Positions 1-14,325 are shown, counted from the stretch's first letter. The stretch: DNA of 64,000 nucleotides from Cyanophora paradoxa CCMP329 (GCA_004431415.1 QPMI01000496.1:186001-250000), one strand, 5' to 3'. Numbers and translations: made by a program. Notes: generated from the sequence alone by a model not told the origin.

Positions 1-375
1 CCAGCGCCTTAATGCGCTGGCCATATGCATGCATATATGGCACCGGCGCGGGCCCGACGCGTACGTCGACAACGTCACTGAGAGTCAACGGGCCCGATAT
101 CGATGGCGAAGCCGCGCGCCACGTCGCGTCGCGGGACTGCTGCGCGCCGCTTGAATGCAGCTGCGCGCCGCGCGGTGATGCCGCGCTGGCAACAGCCGCG
201 GCTCACAACACCAGATTCCAGAGCGACCCCAGGTTTTGAGCGGCTTAGCGTGCCTCCAAGCAGCGCAGCCTGGCTGAGCGACTCTCCCGCGCCAAGTGGG
301 ATCCCCGTGGTGGCCCTCGGAGTGGCCCGAGTGGCCCGGAGTGGGCGGTTCCGGGGTACAGTCAGCAGCAGCAAG

Positions 376-3170
376 ATGGCTGGTTTCCTCAGGCCAGCGC
401 TCCTGGCGCTGTTGTTCGCGCAGGCTGTCTTTGCCGCGCAGCTTTACACGGGGCTCGTGAACGAGGACGTGTCGCGCGACCTGGACCTGTCGACCCAGGT
501 TGCGACCGTCGGCGCCAAGGCGACGATCAAGAACACCGGCTCGCAGTCGGTCGATCACTTCTACGTCGCGGTGCGGGCTGCGCTGCACCCGCTTCTCGCG
601 CACATCAAGGCGGAGGATGCGGCGGGCGCGCCGCTCACGGTGACCAAGGACACGGTGGAGTCGTCTGCTCCCGCGTGCGTAGTGCATCCCTCGTCGAACC
701 GGCCGCGCGCTAGATGCGCCGGGGCCGCGCCCGAGCTTGAATGTGTCCGCGCACACTGACTTGGTCTCCCTCTTCCGCATATCCCGTGGCGCTCGTCGTC
801 GTCCTCGCCTCCCTTCACATCCTCCACCCGTCTTCTATCGCACGTTCTCTGCTCGCCGCGAGTAGTGGCACCGTGTTCTACAAGGTCCAGCTCGCGTCGG
901 CACTCGCCCCCGGCGCGTCGGTCACGACCTGGACTAGCTTCGTCTACACCAACGTCTTTACTGCGTTCCCGGCCGAGATCTCGATGACCGAGACGCAGCT
1001 GATGAAGTACGAGGGCAACTACTACTACTTCAGCCCGTACACCACGCAGAAGCAGAAGACGAAGGTCAAGCTCGCCAGCTCGAACATCCTCTCGAAGAGC
1101 GAGCTCAGCCCGACGTCGGTCTCCGGCGACACCGTCACCTACGGCCCGTACTCGGACGTCGCCGCGTTCTCGTACAGCGCCATGTCGCTGCACTTCGAGC
1201 ACACCCGCCCGTTCGCCGTCGCGACGCTCCTCCAGAAGGACCTGGAGGTGAGCCACTGGGGCAACCTTGCCGTTGAGGAGCACTACCTGCTGCGCCACGC
1301 CGGCGCGGCGCACAAGGGCTACTTCTCCCGCTACGACTATCAGCGCAACCCGATGGGCGCCGGCGTCGCCTCGATCCGCTCCATTGTCTCCGTCCTCCCC
1401 TCCTCCGCCTTCGAGATCTACTACCGCGACGAGGTCTCCGCGCACGCCCGCCGGCCCGCCCTTCCCCGTCCTCACACGCGTTCGCGCGCTCTCTTTCTTT
1501 TCCTTGCCAGATCGGCAACATCTCGACGTCGGCGATCAACCCGTCGGACAAGGGACTCGAGGTCGAGCTCGTGCCGCGCTTCCCGCTCTTCGGCGGCTGG
1601 AAGACGGACTTCCTCTTCGGCTACAACCTCCCGCTCTCCGAGTTCCTGCGCTCGCTCGGGGGCTCCCGCTACGCGCTCTCCTTCCCCTTCGGCTCCTCCG
1701 TCGAGGGCCTCGTCATCGACGAGCTCGCCGTGAAGATCATCCTCCCCGAGGGCGCCACGTGCGTTTCGAGACATTACTCCGGAGTATCGAATTCGACCGG
1801 CGTAATTTGATCCCGCCGCGCCGGGCCCGCGCAGCGACATCAAGTTCGAGGTTCCGTTCGGGATCGACGGCGAGGAGCGGGGCACGCACTTCGCGCACCT
1901 CGACTTCGCCGGGCGCCCGACGCTCACCATCCGCAAGAAGAACGTCGTCGGCGAGCACAACGTCAACTTCAAGGCGAGCCGATCCGTTTCTCCACTCCGC
2001 AGAAGCCGCGCGGACCTCTGCCTTACCTCTCCGTGCAGGTGACGTACCGCTTCTCGACGCTCTCGCTCCTCCGCAAGCCGGCCACGGTCATCGTCGCCTT
2101 CCTCGCCTTCTTCGCCGCCTGCATGGCCTACGTCCGCTTCGAGCTCCCGATCTCCAAGGACGCCGAGTACGCCGCCAAGGAGCGCGAGGTGCGCGGGGCC
2201 TCGGGGCCGAGGGCGAGCGCGGGCGGGGAGCTCACGCGCTTCTTCGCGCTCGCAGGAGAAGGTCCACGACGTCCTCCGCCGCTTCCGCGAGCAGATGGAC
2301 CTCCGCGACGAGCGGTGCGAACGAAGTGGCGGGAAGCGGGGCGGGCGGGTCGCCGCGCCGGCTAGCTGAAACCGAGGGCGGGGGCGGGGGCGGCCCCGTC
2401 CGCGCCGGTCGCTGCGGCTGACGTACCCCGCAGCTACGACGTTCTGCAGGTGTCCCACGCGGCGCACATGGGCGGCAAGAAGCGCAAGGAGGAGTACGAC
2501 GTGCGCCGTTTTTTGAATTTCGAAGCGCGCTCTTGAATCTGGGCGGACTCGCGTTCACCGGCCCGCCGCAGGCCGACGAGGCCGCCGTCAAGAAGGCGTG
2601 CAAGGGCGCCGACGAGGTGGTGCGTACCCCCCTACAGCTTCTTCTTCCCCGTCCCCAGCATAGCCTCCTCGCCCTCCCCCTCCCCGCCCGCCCTCTCCCC
2701 GCCCCCCCGCCCTCTCCTCGCTCGTCCCTCGATCAAGCCTGTCCCGCAGGGCGCGGCGCTGGCCAAGGAGATGGAGGAGTGGGACGCCAAGAAGGCGGCC
2801 AAGCTGGCCGAGGTTTGCCCGCTCCGCCTCTAACTTGGAGCCCGCAAGCTCCGGAGCCGTGCCCGGCCCGGCCGGCCTGGCTCTTCGCTGAGCGCGCGCC
2901 CCGCCTCGCCGCAGGTGCTGCAGAAGGAGAAGCGGCGCTACAGCGAGCTCATCGCGCTCTTCGCAAACGAGCGCCAGAACCAGCGGGCGGGGACCAAGGT
3001 CCTCGCCACCGCCATCGCCAAGGGCCGCGAGGGTGCGCGCCCCCTGCCCGCCCGCCCTCTGCTCGCCCGCCCCCCTCCCCTCCCCGACTGACCCCGCCCG
3101 GGCAGACCTCGACGAGCTCAAGGCCGAGATCGACGAGCTCCTCGAGGACCTCGCCGGCGCCTCGCAGTAG
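376..3170 (+). CDS. RPN1: Ribophorin I / oligosaccharyltransferase subunit 1, 11 exons
   Basis: ATG 376 with signal peptide MAGFLRPALLALLFAQAVFA. Spliced product contains LEVSHWGNLAVEEHY, FSRYDY, YYRDEIGNISTS, PRFPLFGGWKT, KIILPEGA, LDFAGRPT and a C-terminal TM helix. Introns include 675-865, 1434-1510, 1759-1834 and 1974-2038 (GC-AG). TAG at 3168-3170. Confidence 0.95.
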
Positions 3171-3614
3171 GCTTCTGCCCAGGCTCGTTGTTTTCCAGCG
3201 AATTCGAAGCGATTCTCGTGCATCGCCGGTCGCATCGGGCCCGGGGGGGGGGGGTCGAGGCCGGACCCGTTGCAGGGGGCTGTGGCTTTAGCTGAACCAG
3301 CGCTCGGAGGCTCAAGCGCTGGCAGATGATGGGCCGGTGGCAAGCCGCGCGCCGACCGGAGGGCCCGGGCCGACTCGGCAAGGCGCCGGCGCCAATAGCA
3401 AGACTGTAAAATCGCATGCGCATGCGAGCCGTGGCGAGCTTGGATTATCGATGCTTCAACTCCACCGGCACCGGCCCCCCCCCTGCATCGCTGTGACGCC
3501 CAGTATACTCCAGGATCAGGGATCAGAAGGCTGAGCGCATTCGAACTGCAGTCGGGCGCATTCGAATACAGAACACTGCATTGAATACCTAGATCTAGAG
3601 CCGAACTCCCTGTG

Positions 3615-4584
3615 CTACCGGGCTTTCACCTTCTTGCCGCCATCCTCTATGAAGAATATGCGATCCTCGGGGACCTGGGGCCGAGGGCGGCTCAGGCGAC
3701 GTGGCGACGCCGGCGCCGCGGCGGTATTCGGGGGCGAGGGCGCGCGCGCCGAGCCGCGCACGTCGAAGTTCTCGAGGACGATGTCCACGACGTCCTCCTT
3801 CACGTCGCCCTGGATGTCGATCTCGTCCGCGACCGGGCCCTTGACCACCGACGCGCCGCACGAGAACTTCTTCGCGAACAGCTTCGCGGCGTCCTGTAGC
3901 CTCACACCTGCAGCAGGCGCGTCAGGCGCGCGCCGCGCTTGCGGGCCCCGGCTGGCGCGCGTTGCACGCGCGCGAACCGAACTTGTCGAGACCAGTAACT
4001 GTCGTTACGAATTTCCGCTTGTTGCGGTTCTCTTTCTTGATCGTGACCATGGGGTCCTCGCCCTAGACGCGTGTGGTCGGCAAGCCTGCAATTGACGGGT
4101 GGGCACCGCGCACGGGCCCGCGTACCTTCTTCTTCTTCTTAGGCTCTGCCGGCTTCTCTTCAGGCTTGCTCGCTCCGGCTGCACGCGGTGGCCGGCTTAC
4201 TTGCCGTGGGGAGTGTTCCAAGCGCGAGCGCACCACTCGAGCTTCCTTCGCCGCCGTCCCCGCCCTCAGATACAGCGAGCTTCTCCATCTGCTTGTCCAC
4301 GGATGCTGCAGACGCGCGGATCGCTTGCAGGGCGCGGGTGCGATGGCGGGTTCCGCACCATCGCCCTTAAGGCCCGGATACATCTCGGGGCAGTGCTGCA
4401 TAAGCCACGGCTTACATCGGTCGAAGTGCGGCCCGTTCTCGCAGTACTCGGGCGGGAAGCCGCACACTGCAAGCTGCCGTCAGCCCTACGGCGCGATGCC
4501 AATGCCGCACGACGCACCGCCGCAGTAAACGATCCTGAGGGGCGCGGGCGCGGGGCCCTTGGCCTCCTCGCTCACGTCCGCCAT
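3615..4584 (-). CDS. DENR: Density-regulated protein DENR / Tma22 (SUI1 domain), spliced
   Basis: Spliced translation LRIVYCGVCGFPPEYCENGPHFDRCKPWL, then AAKLFAKKFSCGASVVKG...EIDIQGDV. ATG at 4584, stop at 3615-3617. Confidence 0.92.
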
Positions 4585-5023
4585 TCTGCGATTGTTTGTA
4601 TACGTACCCCCTAAGCCCAAGCTCACTTCTTGTGGCCTCAGGGCCTTGCCAAGTTGAAGGCTTGAACTCGAATTCGAAGTGCGCATGCATGCAGGCGCCG
4701 GCCACGCTGCGCTACGGCCCACGGTGGACGGTCTAGTTCTTTCCTTACGAAGTTACTGAAGCTTCCTCCCCTCTGCGAGAGGCGCCCGGCCATATAACTT
4801 GAGAATCGCGCGGACTTGAGATCCGCCTCTAGAATCGTTGGGGAGAATGAGAATTTAAAAAAATATATATTCACATGTAGCCCTTCCCAAGAAAGAGTCG
4901 GGGGTCGACTCGGGGCCACATAAATTTCTCGCACTCTTGAAAACTGCAGCTGCGTGCTGCCCCGCGGGAGGGGCGGGCGGGAGGGAAAGCCGCCATTAAA
5001 ATCGTGGGAGGGGTCGACATGAA

Positions 5024-8000
5024 TCACGCCGCAGCGCCGGTGGCGAGGCGCTCCGCGACAGTGAGGAAGACCTGCGGGGCGCGGTCCCTATAGTTAGCTT
5101 CGGCGCGCGTTTGCTTTCGGGATCAAAGCTTATTAAGAGAACTTGTTAAGCTTATATTTAGATGAGAGCTGCTTGGAACCGACCTCCTTCCCGCGGGTGA
5201 GCTTGAGGAGCTTGCCGTCCAGGTGCACCTCCAGGGACGCTGCGAAGGCGGATTTGGGATCAACATTCGATGCGGACGATTCGAGCTGGGGGCGGGTCGG
5301 GCAGCGCACAGCCCGGGGCGGCCAGGGTCTTCTGGAGGCGGCCGTAGTCGCGCGAGGCGAGCCACCACTGCACGGCCGCCGGGTCCGCCCCCGCCGCCTG
5401 CTCGCGTGGGGTCAAGTCCTCCGCGAAAGGGGCCCGCCCGGAGTCGAGCGCGGACCTTGACGGCCGCGGAGCTGGCGACGACGTGCGCGCGCGTGAGCGT
5501 CACGACGAACTTGGACGCGTTGATCTGAGGGTCGCGAGAACTCAACATTCAAAAATTCAAATTTAAATTGGCGGGGGGGTACCTCGCGCTCGGCGGAGGC
5601 GAGGACGCAGGAGCAGGGCACGCGGGCCGAGCCCGGGAGCACCGGCCGCCCCGAGAGCGACTTCGCGATGAAGTCCGCCTGAGAGGAAAGGGGGGGAGGG
5701 GTTATCGTTGGGCGCGAAGAAAGCGGAACCGGCCGGGTTCGAACCTGGGTCTCGAGGACGCGGGCGACCTCCTTGCCCGAGCCCTCCGGGTCCTTGACCT
5801 GCGGGCGGGGGAGGAAGAAGTGAGCCGTGGGGGGCTGACGGGTGGCAGAAGGGAGGAGGGAGCTCGTAAGGAGGCAGCTACGAGAATCGCGTTTCTTTCG
5901 GTAATCGCGTCCGCGGTTCTAGGTTGGAGAGGAGCGGACGGGGGCCCATAGAAAGTTGGCGGGGTCGGGGCCGAGGGCCGGGGCGGTGCGGGGCGAGGGG
6001 CCGGGCCGGGCCGGGGCGGGGCGGTGCGGGGCGAGGGGCGGGGCGGGGCGGTGCGGGGCGAGGGCAGGGGCGGGGCGGGGCGAGGGCCGGGCCGGGCCGG
6101 GCGGGGCGGGGGCAGGGGCGGCTACTAGTTGACGGATGGAAAAACACGTGACGGAAACCTAGGCTCAAGAAGAGCGGTATGTAGGCTCGGGAAAGGGAGC
6201 GGAGGGGGCCGTACAAAGAAGGCCGAAGGGGGCGGGGCGGGGCGGGGCGGGGCGGGGCGGGGCGAGGCAGGAGCGGGCGGACCTCGAGGAAGACCTCGAT
6301 GTCGTCCTCGGGGAGGAGCCCGGCCTCCTTCCGCAGCTTCTGCACCCGGTTCACCACCTCCCGCGCCGTCCCCTCCTCCCGCAGCGACGCGTCCTGCCGT
6401 TGCGCGTTGCGGCGGAGGGGAAGTTAGGCGGCGGTAGCGGGCGCCGCCCTCGAGGAAGCGAGGCGGGGGCCGGACCTCGCGGCAGTCGATGAGGACGAGG
6501 ACCCTCCCGTCGCCGTCCGCCTCGAAGTGCGACATCTCGCCCTGGGAGGGGGGTACGCGTTCAGAGGGGGGAAGGGAAGGGGGGGCGGAAAGGAAAAGGG
6601 CGCGCCTGGGACTTGAACTCGCGGACGACCTTGATGTCCTCGGCGCCCAGCGCGTGGCCCTGCGCGCCGCGGGGCTAGGCTTAGCGGAGGGGAAGTGGCG
6701 GATGGTTCAGCTCGGGCGTTGGCTTGGGCGCTTGGGCGCCAGGGTCTGGGAGGCTGGCAGCTAAGCGGGCGTGTCGGCCTTCTTCGGAGTCCTTCGGAGT
6801 AGAGACGCTTGGGAGGGGAAGGCGGGCGGCGCGACCTCGAGGGTGATGGAGCCGGACTCGATGAAGGCCTTCACTTGCTCGTGCGTCAGCGCTGCCCGGG
6901 GGGGGGCGCCGCGTGAGGGGGGCGGGGGCGAGGAGGGGGAGGAGGGGGCGGGGCGGGCACCCTTGATGGCCTTGGCGACGGCGCCGAGGGCCTTGCCGAG
7001 CTTGGGGCCCAGCACCTGCGCCCAGCTCCGCCTCAGCGCGCAAGCGGCAAGGACGGAAGGGATGTTTTCAGGAAGGAGGGCGGGCGGGCGGGCCTTGGAC
7101 TCGGCGTCGGCGGAGTAGCGGACGAACTCGCCCTCGTCCGACACCGTCCGCAGGCCCTTCACGTTCAGCTCCTGCGGGGGGGGCGGGGGCGCGGCTCTGA
7201 GAAGGCGAGGCGGGGCGAGGGGTGCGGAAGGCGCGGACGGTCTGGACGTAGGCCTCGAGGGTGCGGATGTCGGCGAGGTACTGCCCGTCCTTGTGCACCA
7301 CGATCACCTCCTTCACCGGCAGCTGAGGGAGGGGAAGGAAGGGGTGAGAAGGGGCTGAGGGGAGGGGAGGGGAGGGGTGAGGGACCTTGAGGGGGATCTT
7401 GCGGCGGTCGCGGATGCCGCGGCCGAGCTCGATCACCGTCTGCATCCGCGACACGGCCCTGCGGGGTCGGCCGTCAGCCGGGCCGGCGTCTCCCAGCCTC
7501 GGGGCGGGGCGGACTCCTCGATGCGGGGGTTGAAGAGGTGCTCGTTGGGCTTCGGGAACTCGCAGAAATGCACGCCTGCGACGGGGCGCGAGGAGAGTGA
7601 GCTAGAGCCAGAGAGAGGGGAGAGTGCGGGGAGAGTGCGGGGCGCGGGGGCGGGGGCGGGGGCGGGCGGGCGCACTGGCTTGCTGCTGGGGGGCGGGGAG
7701 GAGGGCCTTGAGGTTCTGGTAGAAGGCCTCCGCCAGGAACGGCGTGAACGGCGCCTGCGCCCGCCCCTCAGAGGCGCAGGCGCTGCGCGGCGCCCCTCTT
7801 CCCCGGCATCCGGCCCTCCCGCCCCGCGCGGGGCCCCGGGGGCGGCGAGGCGAGGGGAGCGGACCATGGCGGTGGAGAGGGTGAGGAGGACCTCGTAGAG
7901 CGCCCGCAGAGAGAGCGTCGCCTCCTCGGGGCCCTCCGACCCCTTCAGCCGCCGCCGGTTCGACCGCACGTACCTGCCCGCCCCCGGCCCCTCAGACGCG

Positions 8001-11000
8001 GCAGACCGTGGGGGGGGACAGGGGCGCCGCCGGGGGTGGGGCGGGGCGGGGCGGGACGGGGCGGGTCGGGGCGGGGGGCGGCACCAGTTGGTGAGGTCGT
8101 CGACGAGCTTGAGGAGGCGGGGGACGACCGTGTACAGGCGGTACTCTGCGGGGGGCGAGCTCAGGCGGCGGCACGGGGGCGCGGGGGCGGTGGATGCGGT
8201 GGGAGCGGGGCCGGGGCGCACCGCCCATCTCCTGGCGCACGAACTTGATGAGGGAGGTGCAGGAGGCGAGGATCCACCTGCGCAGCGTCAGCCCCCGGGC
8301 GCGTTCTTGGGCTTGGCCTGGCCCAGCTCTGCTACGCGGCGCACCGGTCGGTGATGTTGTCGCTCTTCAGCACCGCCTCCGCGTCGGGCACCAGCGGCTG
8401 CGGGGGGGTACAGTCGCACCCGGCGGGGGCGGGATAGGGGGAGAGGGGGAGGGGTTACGAACCGACGGGAGCGCCCGGGCGCACTGCACGAAGAAGCGGT
8501 ACGCGTTGTACCTGGGAAGAAGGTGGGTACATCTTTTAGAGCCTGGGTACAGGGTGCGGAAAAAAGTGGCGGGGGGTACCACGGGAGGAACACGTCCTTG
8601 ACGACGTCACGGACGCCGGCCTGCGGGGGAGGGGGGGATGAAGGTTCAGGGGTACATTCTCCAAACCATCCGCCCCTCCCTTCTGGGGGGGTACAGCGCC
8701 ACAGGGTCACCTGGTTGAAGCGGAGGGGCTCGGCGCGGACGACAGGGCTGTTGATGAGGTAGAGGCTGCGGGCCGGCGCGCCGCCGCGTCAGCGGAAGCC
8801 GGCCGGGAGGGGCGGGGGAGGAGAGGGGCGGGGGGGTACCGGAGGGCGTCGGCGCCGTGCTCGTGGACGACGTGGAGGGGGTCCGGGTAGTTCTTCAGCC
8901 GCTTGCTCATCTTCTTCCCGTCCCTGCCAGGCCGGGCTCGGAGGCCGGGCAGGCTCGGAGGGCGGGCGGGCAGGGGCCGGGGGAGCGGGGCGGGGGTACG
9001 GACGCGGCGAGGACGAGGCCGTTGACGACGCAGTGCTTGAAGGCCGGCCGCTCGAAGAGCGCCGTCGCGATCACCAGCAGCGTGTAGAACCAGCCCCGCG
9101 TCTGCGGGGCGGCCCTCGGAGGGCGCCGGGGGAGGGAGGCTTGGCCCCCGCGATCCCGCCCTCTCCCAACTGCCCCGCCGGCCCGCCCCGCCCCGCCCCG
9201 CCCGCCCACCCCCTCGCACCTGGTCGAGGCCCTCGGCGATGAAGTCAGCGGGGAGGTTCCGCTCCAGCAGCTCCTTGTTCTCGAACGGGTAGTGCAGCTG
9301 GAGGGGGGGGTAGGAGGTTAGGGGCGGGCGGGGGGAGGGGATGGGGGTAGGACGCACCTGGCCGTAGGGCATGCTCCCCGACTCGAACCAGCAGTCGAAG
9401 ACCTGGGTGGGGGTGTAAAGGTAAAGTCCGGGGAGGAGGGCGTCGGGCGGAGTCGGGGAGGGGTACGCGCCTCGTCGATGCGCTTGAGGACGCCGCGGCC
9501 CGTCTTCGAGGGGATCGTGATCGAGTCGACGCTGCGGGGGGTTACGGTATTACGAGACGACGAGAACAACGAGGAAGGGGCCCCGCGGGGGTTCGAGCGC
9601 ACGTCTCGCGGTGGAGGTCGTTGACCTTGACGCCCGAGAGCTGGTGCAGCTCCTCGACGGACCCCACGACGACGATCTTGGAGGGTTACAGCATCAAAGC
9701 GGGCCTCGGGGGTACCCGGGACGGCGACGGGATGGGGGGTACCTCCTGGTAGTCCTCCGAGGTCCAGATGGGGAGGGGGGTACCCCAGTAGCGGTTGCGG
9801 GAGACGGCCCAGTCGCGCGCCTGCGGAATAAATTTGAGTGGTACGCTCAGAGGCGGGTCCGGGGCGGGGCCAGAGGGGGGACGGCACCTCGGTGAGCCAG
9901 TTGTGGAAGCGCTTCATCTGAACCGCCTCGGGGACCCTGCGCGGCGGCGAGGGGGCGCTTAGGAGATGAAAGGGAAGAGCTACGCGAGAGGGCTTCGAGG
10001 AGCACGGGGGGCTGACCACTTGGACTGGAGGTTGTTGGCGGTGAGCTTCTCCTTGATCTCCTCCACCTTGACGAACCACGACGGCACCGCCTGCGCCAGG
10101 CCCCGCTCGGGCGGGGCGCGGGCGCGGGCGGAGGCGGGGGGGCGGACGCGGTAGATGAGGGGGGTCTCGGAGCGCCAGCAGAAGGGGTACGAGTGGACGA
10201 GGGTGCCCGAGGAGACGAGGCGGCCCCGCGCCTTCAGCAGCTTCGTGATCTCCTTGTCCGCCTCCTGCGGGCAGGCGGGCGGGCCGGCGGGCGGTTGTCG
10301 GAGGAGGGGGGCGACAGGGGGCGTGGGGCGGGGCCGAGGCCGTTTCCGTCCCGGCCGGACCTTGACGTGGAGGCCCTTGAAGTCGGGGACCTCCTCCGTG
10401 AAGCGCCCGTTCGGGTCCACCGGGCACACGATGTCTGCCCGGGGGGTGGGGGGGGGATGGAGGGGCGGGTGCGGGCGAGGGCGGGCGGGCGGGCGGACCC
10501 TCGCCCTTGGCGATGACGCCGTGGTTGATGCAGACGCGGTAGTCGTCCTCGCCGAACGCCGGCGCCTGCAGCCGGGCGGGGCGGGGCGGGCCTCAGCGGC
10601 GGCGCCCCCGGGCGGGATGGCTGGGGGATCTTAGGTCTTCCGAGGGCGGGCGTCCCCCTCTCCAGGAATGCGCGAGCTTTCAAGGGCGGGGGCCCCCCAG
10701 GCCCCTCCCCCGCCGGCTTGCGGCGAGCCCCCCCGCCCCCGCCCCCGCCCCCGCGCGCCGGGCACCTGGTGGACGATGCCTGTGCCCGAGTCGCTGGTGA
10801 CGTACCCGTCGCAGCAGACGCGGAACGCCTGCTCCTGGTTCACCCGCTTGTCCTGCCCGGCGCCCCGCCGTCAGATTAGATCCAAGAAGCAAGATCCAAT
10901 CTAGTCGGAGGGCAAGCCGCGAGGGGGCGGCTTGGCGGGGGGAAGCCGCGGGGCGCAAGGGGCGCCCGGGCGGGGGCGGAGCGCCCCCCCGGTCCGGGGC

Positions 11001-13326
11001 GGGCGGGCGGGCGGACCGTGACGAAGTAGTCGAAGATGGGGACGTACTTGGTCCCCTTCAGCTCCGCCCCCTTCATCTGGGGGAGGGGCGCGTCAGGGCG
11101 GGGGGCGGGCGGGGGCGCGGGAGTCTGAGGAGGGAAGCGCGTGGTGCGGCGCCGGGCACGCGTGCCCTCAGAGTCTCTCTTCAGGCGGGCGCCACGCGTG
11201 CCGCGCCGGCCAAGGCGGGTGGGGCGGGCGGGCGGGGTCCTCTGCATCCCCTCTAGCTAGCCTGCGGCTGGCCTCGCCGTCCCTCGGGCTCCAGCTAGCC
11301 AGCTGGCTAGAGCTCCGGCCGGCGCGGACCTTGGCGAGGAGGTCGTAGGGGGCGCCCTTCTTGTACACCTGCCGGCCCCGTCAGGCGCGGCGCGGCGCGA
11401 AGCAAAGCGAACCGAAGCGGAGCGAAGCGGTCGGGCGGGTCGGGCGGGGGCGGGCGCTGGGGCGTCTAAACACGCGGGGACCCGGGAGATGCGGGGCGGG
11501 GGCGGGGCGCGGGCAGGGGCGGGGGCGGCTAAACAAGCGGGGACGCGGGAGATCCAGGACGGGGGCGGGGGCGGGTGCGGGGCGGGGCCGGGGGCGGGGG
11601 CACCTGGACGAGGCGGGCCTCGGCGAGGATGTAGACCTTCCCCGTCGCCTTGTCTGCCCACCCGGCGTGAGCCGGGCGCTCGGTTGGGCAAAGGGGGCCA
11701 GCGGGGCTGCTCTAGAGCCTCCGAGGCCTGGAGGGCGCCCCGGCGGCGGGGGGGGCGGGGCTCCTCTTAGTCGGCGGCAACTTCTAGCGTCTAGCGCGGC
11801 CACTCCGAGGCGAGGCGAGGCGGCGGGGGCGGGGGCGGGCGGGCCGCACCCTTCACGCGGACGTAGTCGAACTCGGGGTTCACGCACAGCGCTGCGGGGA
11901 GGAGGCAGGGCGGGCGGGCAGATCGTCAGGACCGATCGGACGGGCCGGGTCGGACCGGGGGGCGGACCGAGGTTGGAGGGGAGGGTCCAGGGGGTGGTCG
12001 TCCACGCGAGGAGCGCCGCGCCCTCCGCGTCGCCCACCACCGGGAACGCCACGACCACTGCGGCGAAAGCAGAGGGGGCGGGGATCAGACGGCTGGCCGC
12101 CTCGCGAGCTGGCCGGGCGAGGCGCAGCCGGAGCGGGGCCGCGGGCGGGCTCCTATCTATGGCCTTCGGGCGGGGCGGGGCGGCGCGGGGCGGGGGCGTG
12201 CCCTCGGGGTCGGAGACGTCCTTGTAGTTGAGGTTCGCCTCGAAGTTGGAGAGGGGCGTGTTGCACGCCGTGCTGTACGGCATCACCTGCGCCCAGCCAG
12301 CCAGCGAGCCTCAGCGCAGCCCCCGCCCCGCCCCGCCCTGGACGAGCAAGCACCTTGAAGCCGCGGTAGACGAGGTTCTTCTCGAAGAGCTGCTTGAAGA
12401 CCCACCACACCGACTCCATGAACGACAGGTCCATCGTCTGGGGGGGGAAGGTTGCGGGGGGGGGGTACGGGGGTCGGGGGGGGGGGCGGGGGCGGGGGGG
12501 CGCGGGGGAGCGCGGGGGGCCGCAGCGGGGGGCGCGGGGGTACCTTGTAGTCGTTCTTGAAGTCGATCCAGCGCCCGAGGCGCCCCACGATCTTCTCCCA
12601 CTCGGTGCAGTAGCGCGTCACGATCTGCGGGCGGCGCCTGAGCGGGCGCGGGGCGGGCGCCGGCGCCGCGCGGTATTTACCGAGCGGCAGTGGGCGTTGT
12701 ACTTGGCGATGCCCATGGCCAGCACCTCGTCGCGGGTCTGCGGGGCGGGTCAGCGGCCTTAGCTAGCGAGCGGCGGGCGGCGCGCCTTGATTCCGAGGTC
12801 CTTCTCGATCTCGAACTCGATGGGCAGGCCGTGGCAGTCCCAGCCGAAGCGGCGGGTGACGTGGAAGCCCTGCTGGTGCGCGTAGCGGGTGACCGTATCC
12901 TGCGCCCCGCCCCGCGGTCGGCCACACGAGCACGCGCGCGTCGCGCGCGCTCGGCCCGCCGGCGCGAGCGGCCGCTCCGCGCTTGCGCGGCAGCCGGCGC
13001 GGTCGGAGATGCGCCGCGCGGCTGCACGGCTGCAGCGCTGCGGGGAATTGCCCCCGCGCCCGCGGCACTCGCCTTGATGGTTCCGGCGAGGATGTGGCCG
13101 TAGTGAGGCAGGCCGGTGGCGAACGGCGGTCCGTCGTAGAAAACGTACTCCGGCTTCCCCTCGCTCATCTTAAGCGACGTATTGAACGCATCGATCTTCT
13201 CCCAGTACTTCAGAATCTCCTCCTCCTGCCCCGGGAAGGAGACCTTCTCCGGCACTGCGCGCAAAGTTGCTACATCGCTCCGCGAGCCCGTCGCGCGCCG
13301 CGCGCACCGTCCGCCAGCTGCGCCAT
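5024..13326 (-). CDS. IARS1: Isoleucyl-tRNA synthetase, cytosolic eukaryotic type, roughly 40 exons
   Basis: [16 protein letters not shown] (HIGH-like), [78 protein letters not shown] and [11 protein letters not shown]. Starts MAQLAD at 13326; last exon [15 protein letters not shown]. Confidence 0.97.
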
Positions 13327-14325
13327 CACGTCGATAAACCCTGTACCCAGCCCGGCGGCCGATTGCCGTACCCAACTCGTTCATCTTTTTGTTCCGCCGG
13401 CGCAGCGCGCGCGCGCATGAATCGCATCAAGTTACCAGCGGCTAGCGCAGACGTACGCGTCGACTGCGCAGAGCCGACGCCCCTTTCGGCGCCTGCGCAG
13501 TGCCTACTAGTAGCCTTCTTTTTGCTTCGGTACCACCTGCAGTACCGACTCCCGGATCCCGAGTTGCTGACGTTGACGGCCCATATCATGGCCATGTGCA
13601 TGCGGCCAGCAGCCTGGCAGCAGGCCGGCCTAAGCGCTACTAGGCTAGCGCGCTTAACCTTGTCACGCGCGCCGCGGCGCGCGTACGGGAGTCACACACA
13701 CCGAGTCCGACGGTCTGACGTCGACGCGTACCGCGGCGTACGGTCTCTCCCAGAGTCTCGCAGACTCGCAGTCCCAGGCTCCCAGCTGCAGGCCTAGGCT
13801 CCCAGCTGCAGCTGCAGCCTGCAGAAGCGCGCGCGCCTCCAACGCGTAGCGCGTCAAACGATTCGAAGGTGCGCGCGCCCGGCCTCCAAAGTCCGTCCAG
13901 CAATGCAAGCGCGCCCCACGCGCGCGCGCGTTGAAGCGCGAGCGCGAGCGCGACCTTGATCATGAAGCGCGATCTTGAATCGACATCCGATGATCGATAT
14001 CCGCCGAATTAAAAAATATTCGAACTTCGGAAGCCCGCGCCGGCGGCCCTATATATATATATTGTAGGCGGGGCGGGGAGGAACAGGGGCGGCGGCCTAT
14101 ATATAGCTATATATACCGTAGTACATAGCTATAGATCATCGGATAGCTTTTCATATGCATGTATGGCCCGCCGTTCGCATTAATATTCGCGTATTAACGA
14201 CTTTGGTCTGTCGACGTCGACGTCGCCCGGTCGCATGCGCAGGGCTCGCGATCGGAGATCTAGAGCGCGCGGAGGCGTGAATTCGAAAAGCGAGGACATC
14301 GATCGATATCGCGTACGCGTGCATC

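Noticed and set aside
376-13326. Introner-like repeated mobile introns
   Set aside because: The introns share composition and CCCCG tracts, but I saw no extended sequence identity or terminal repeats between them.
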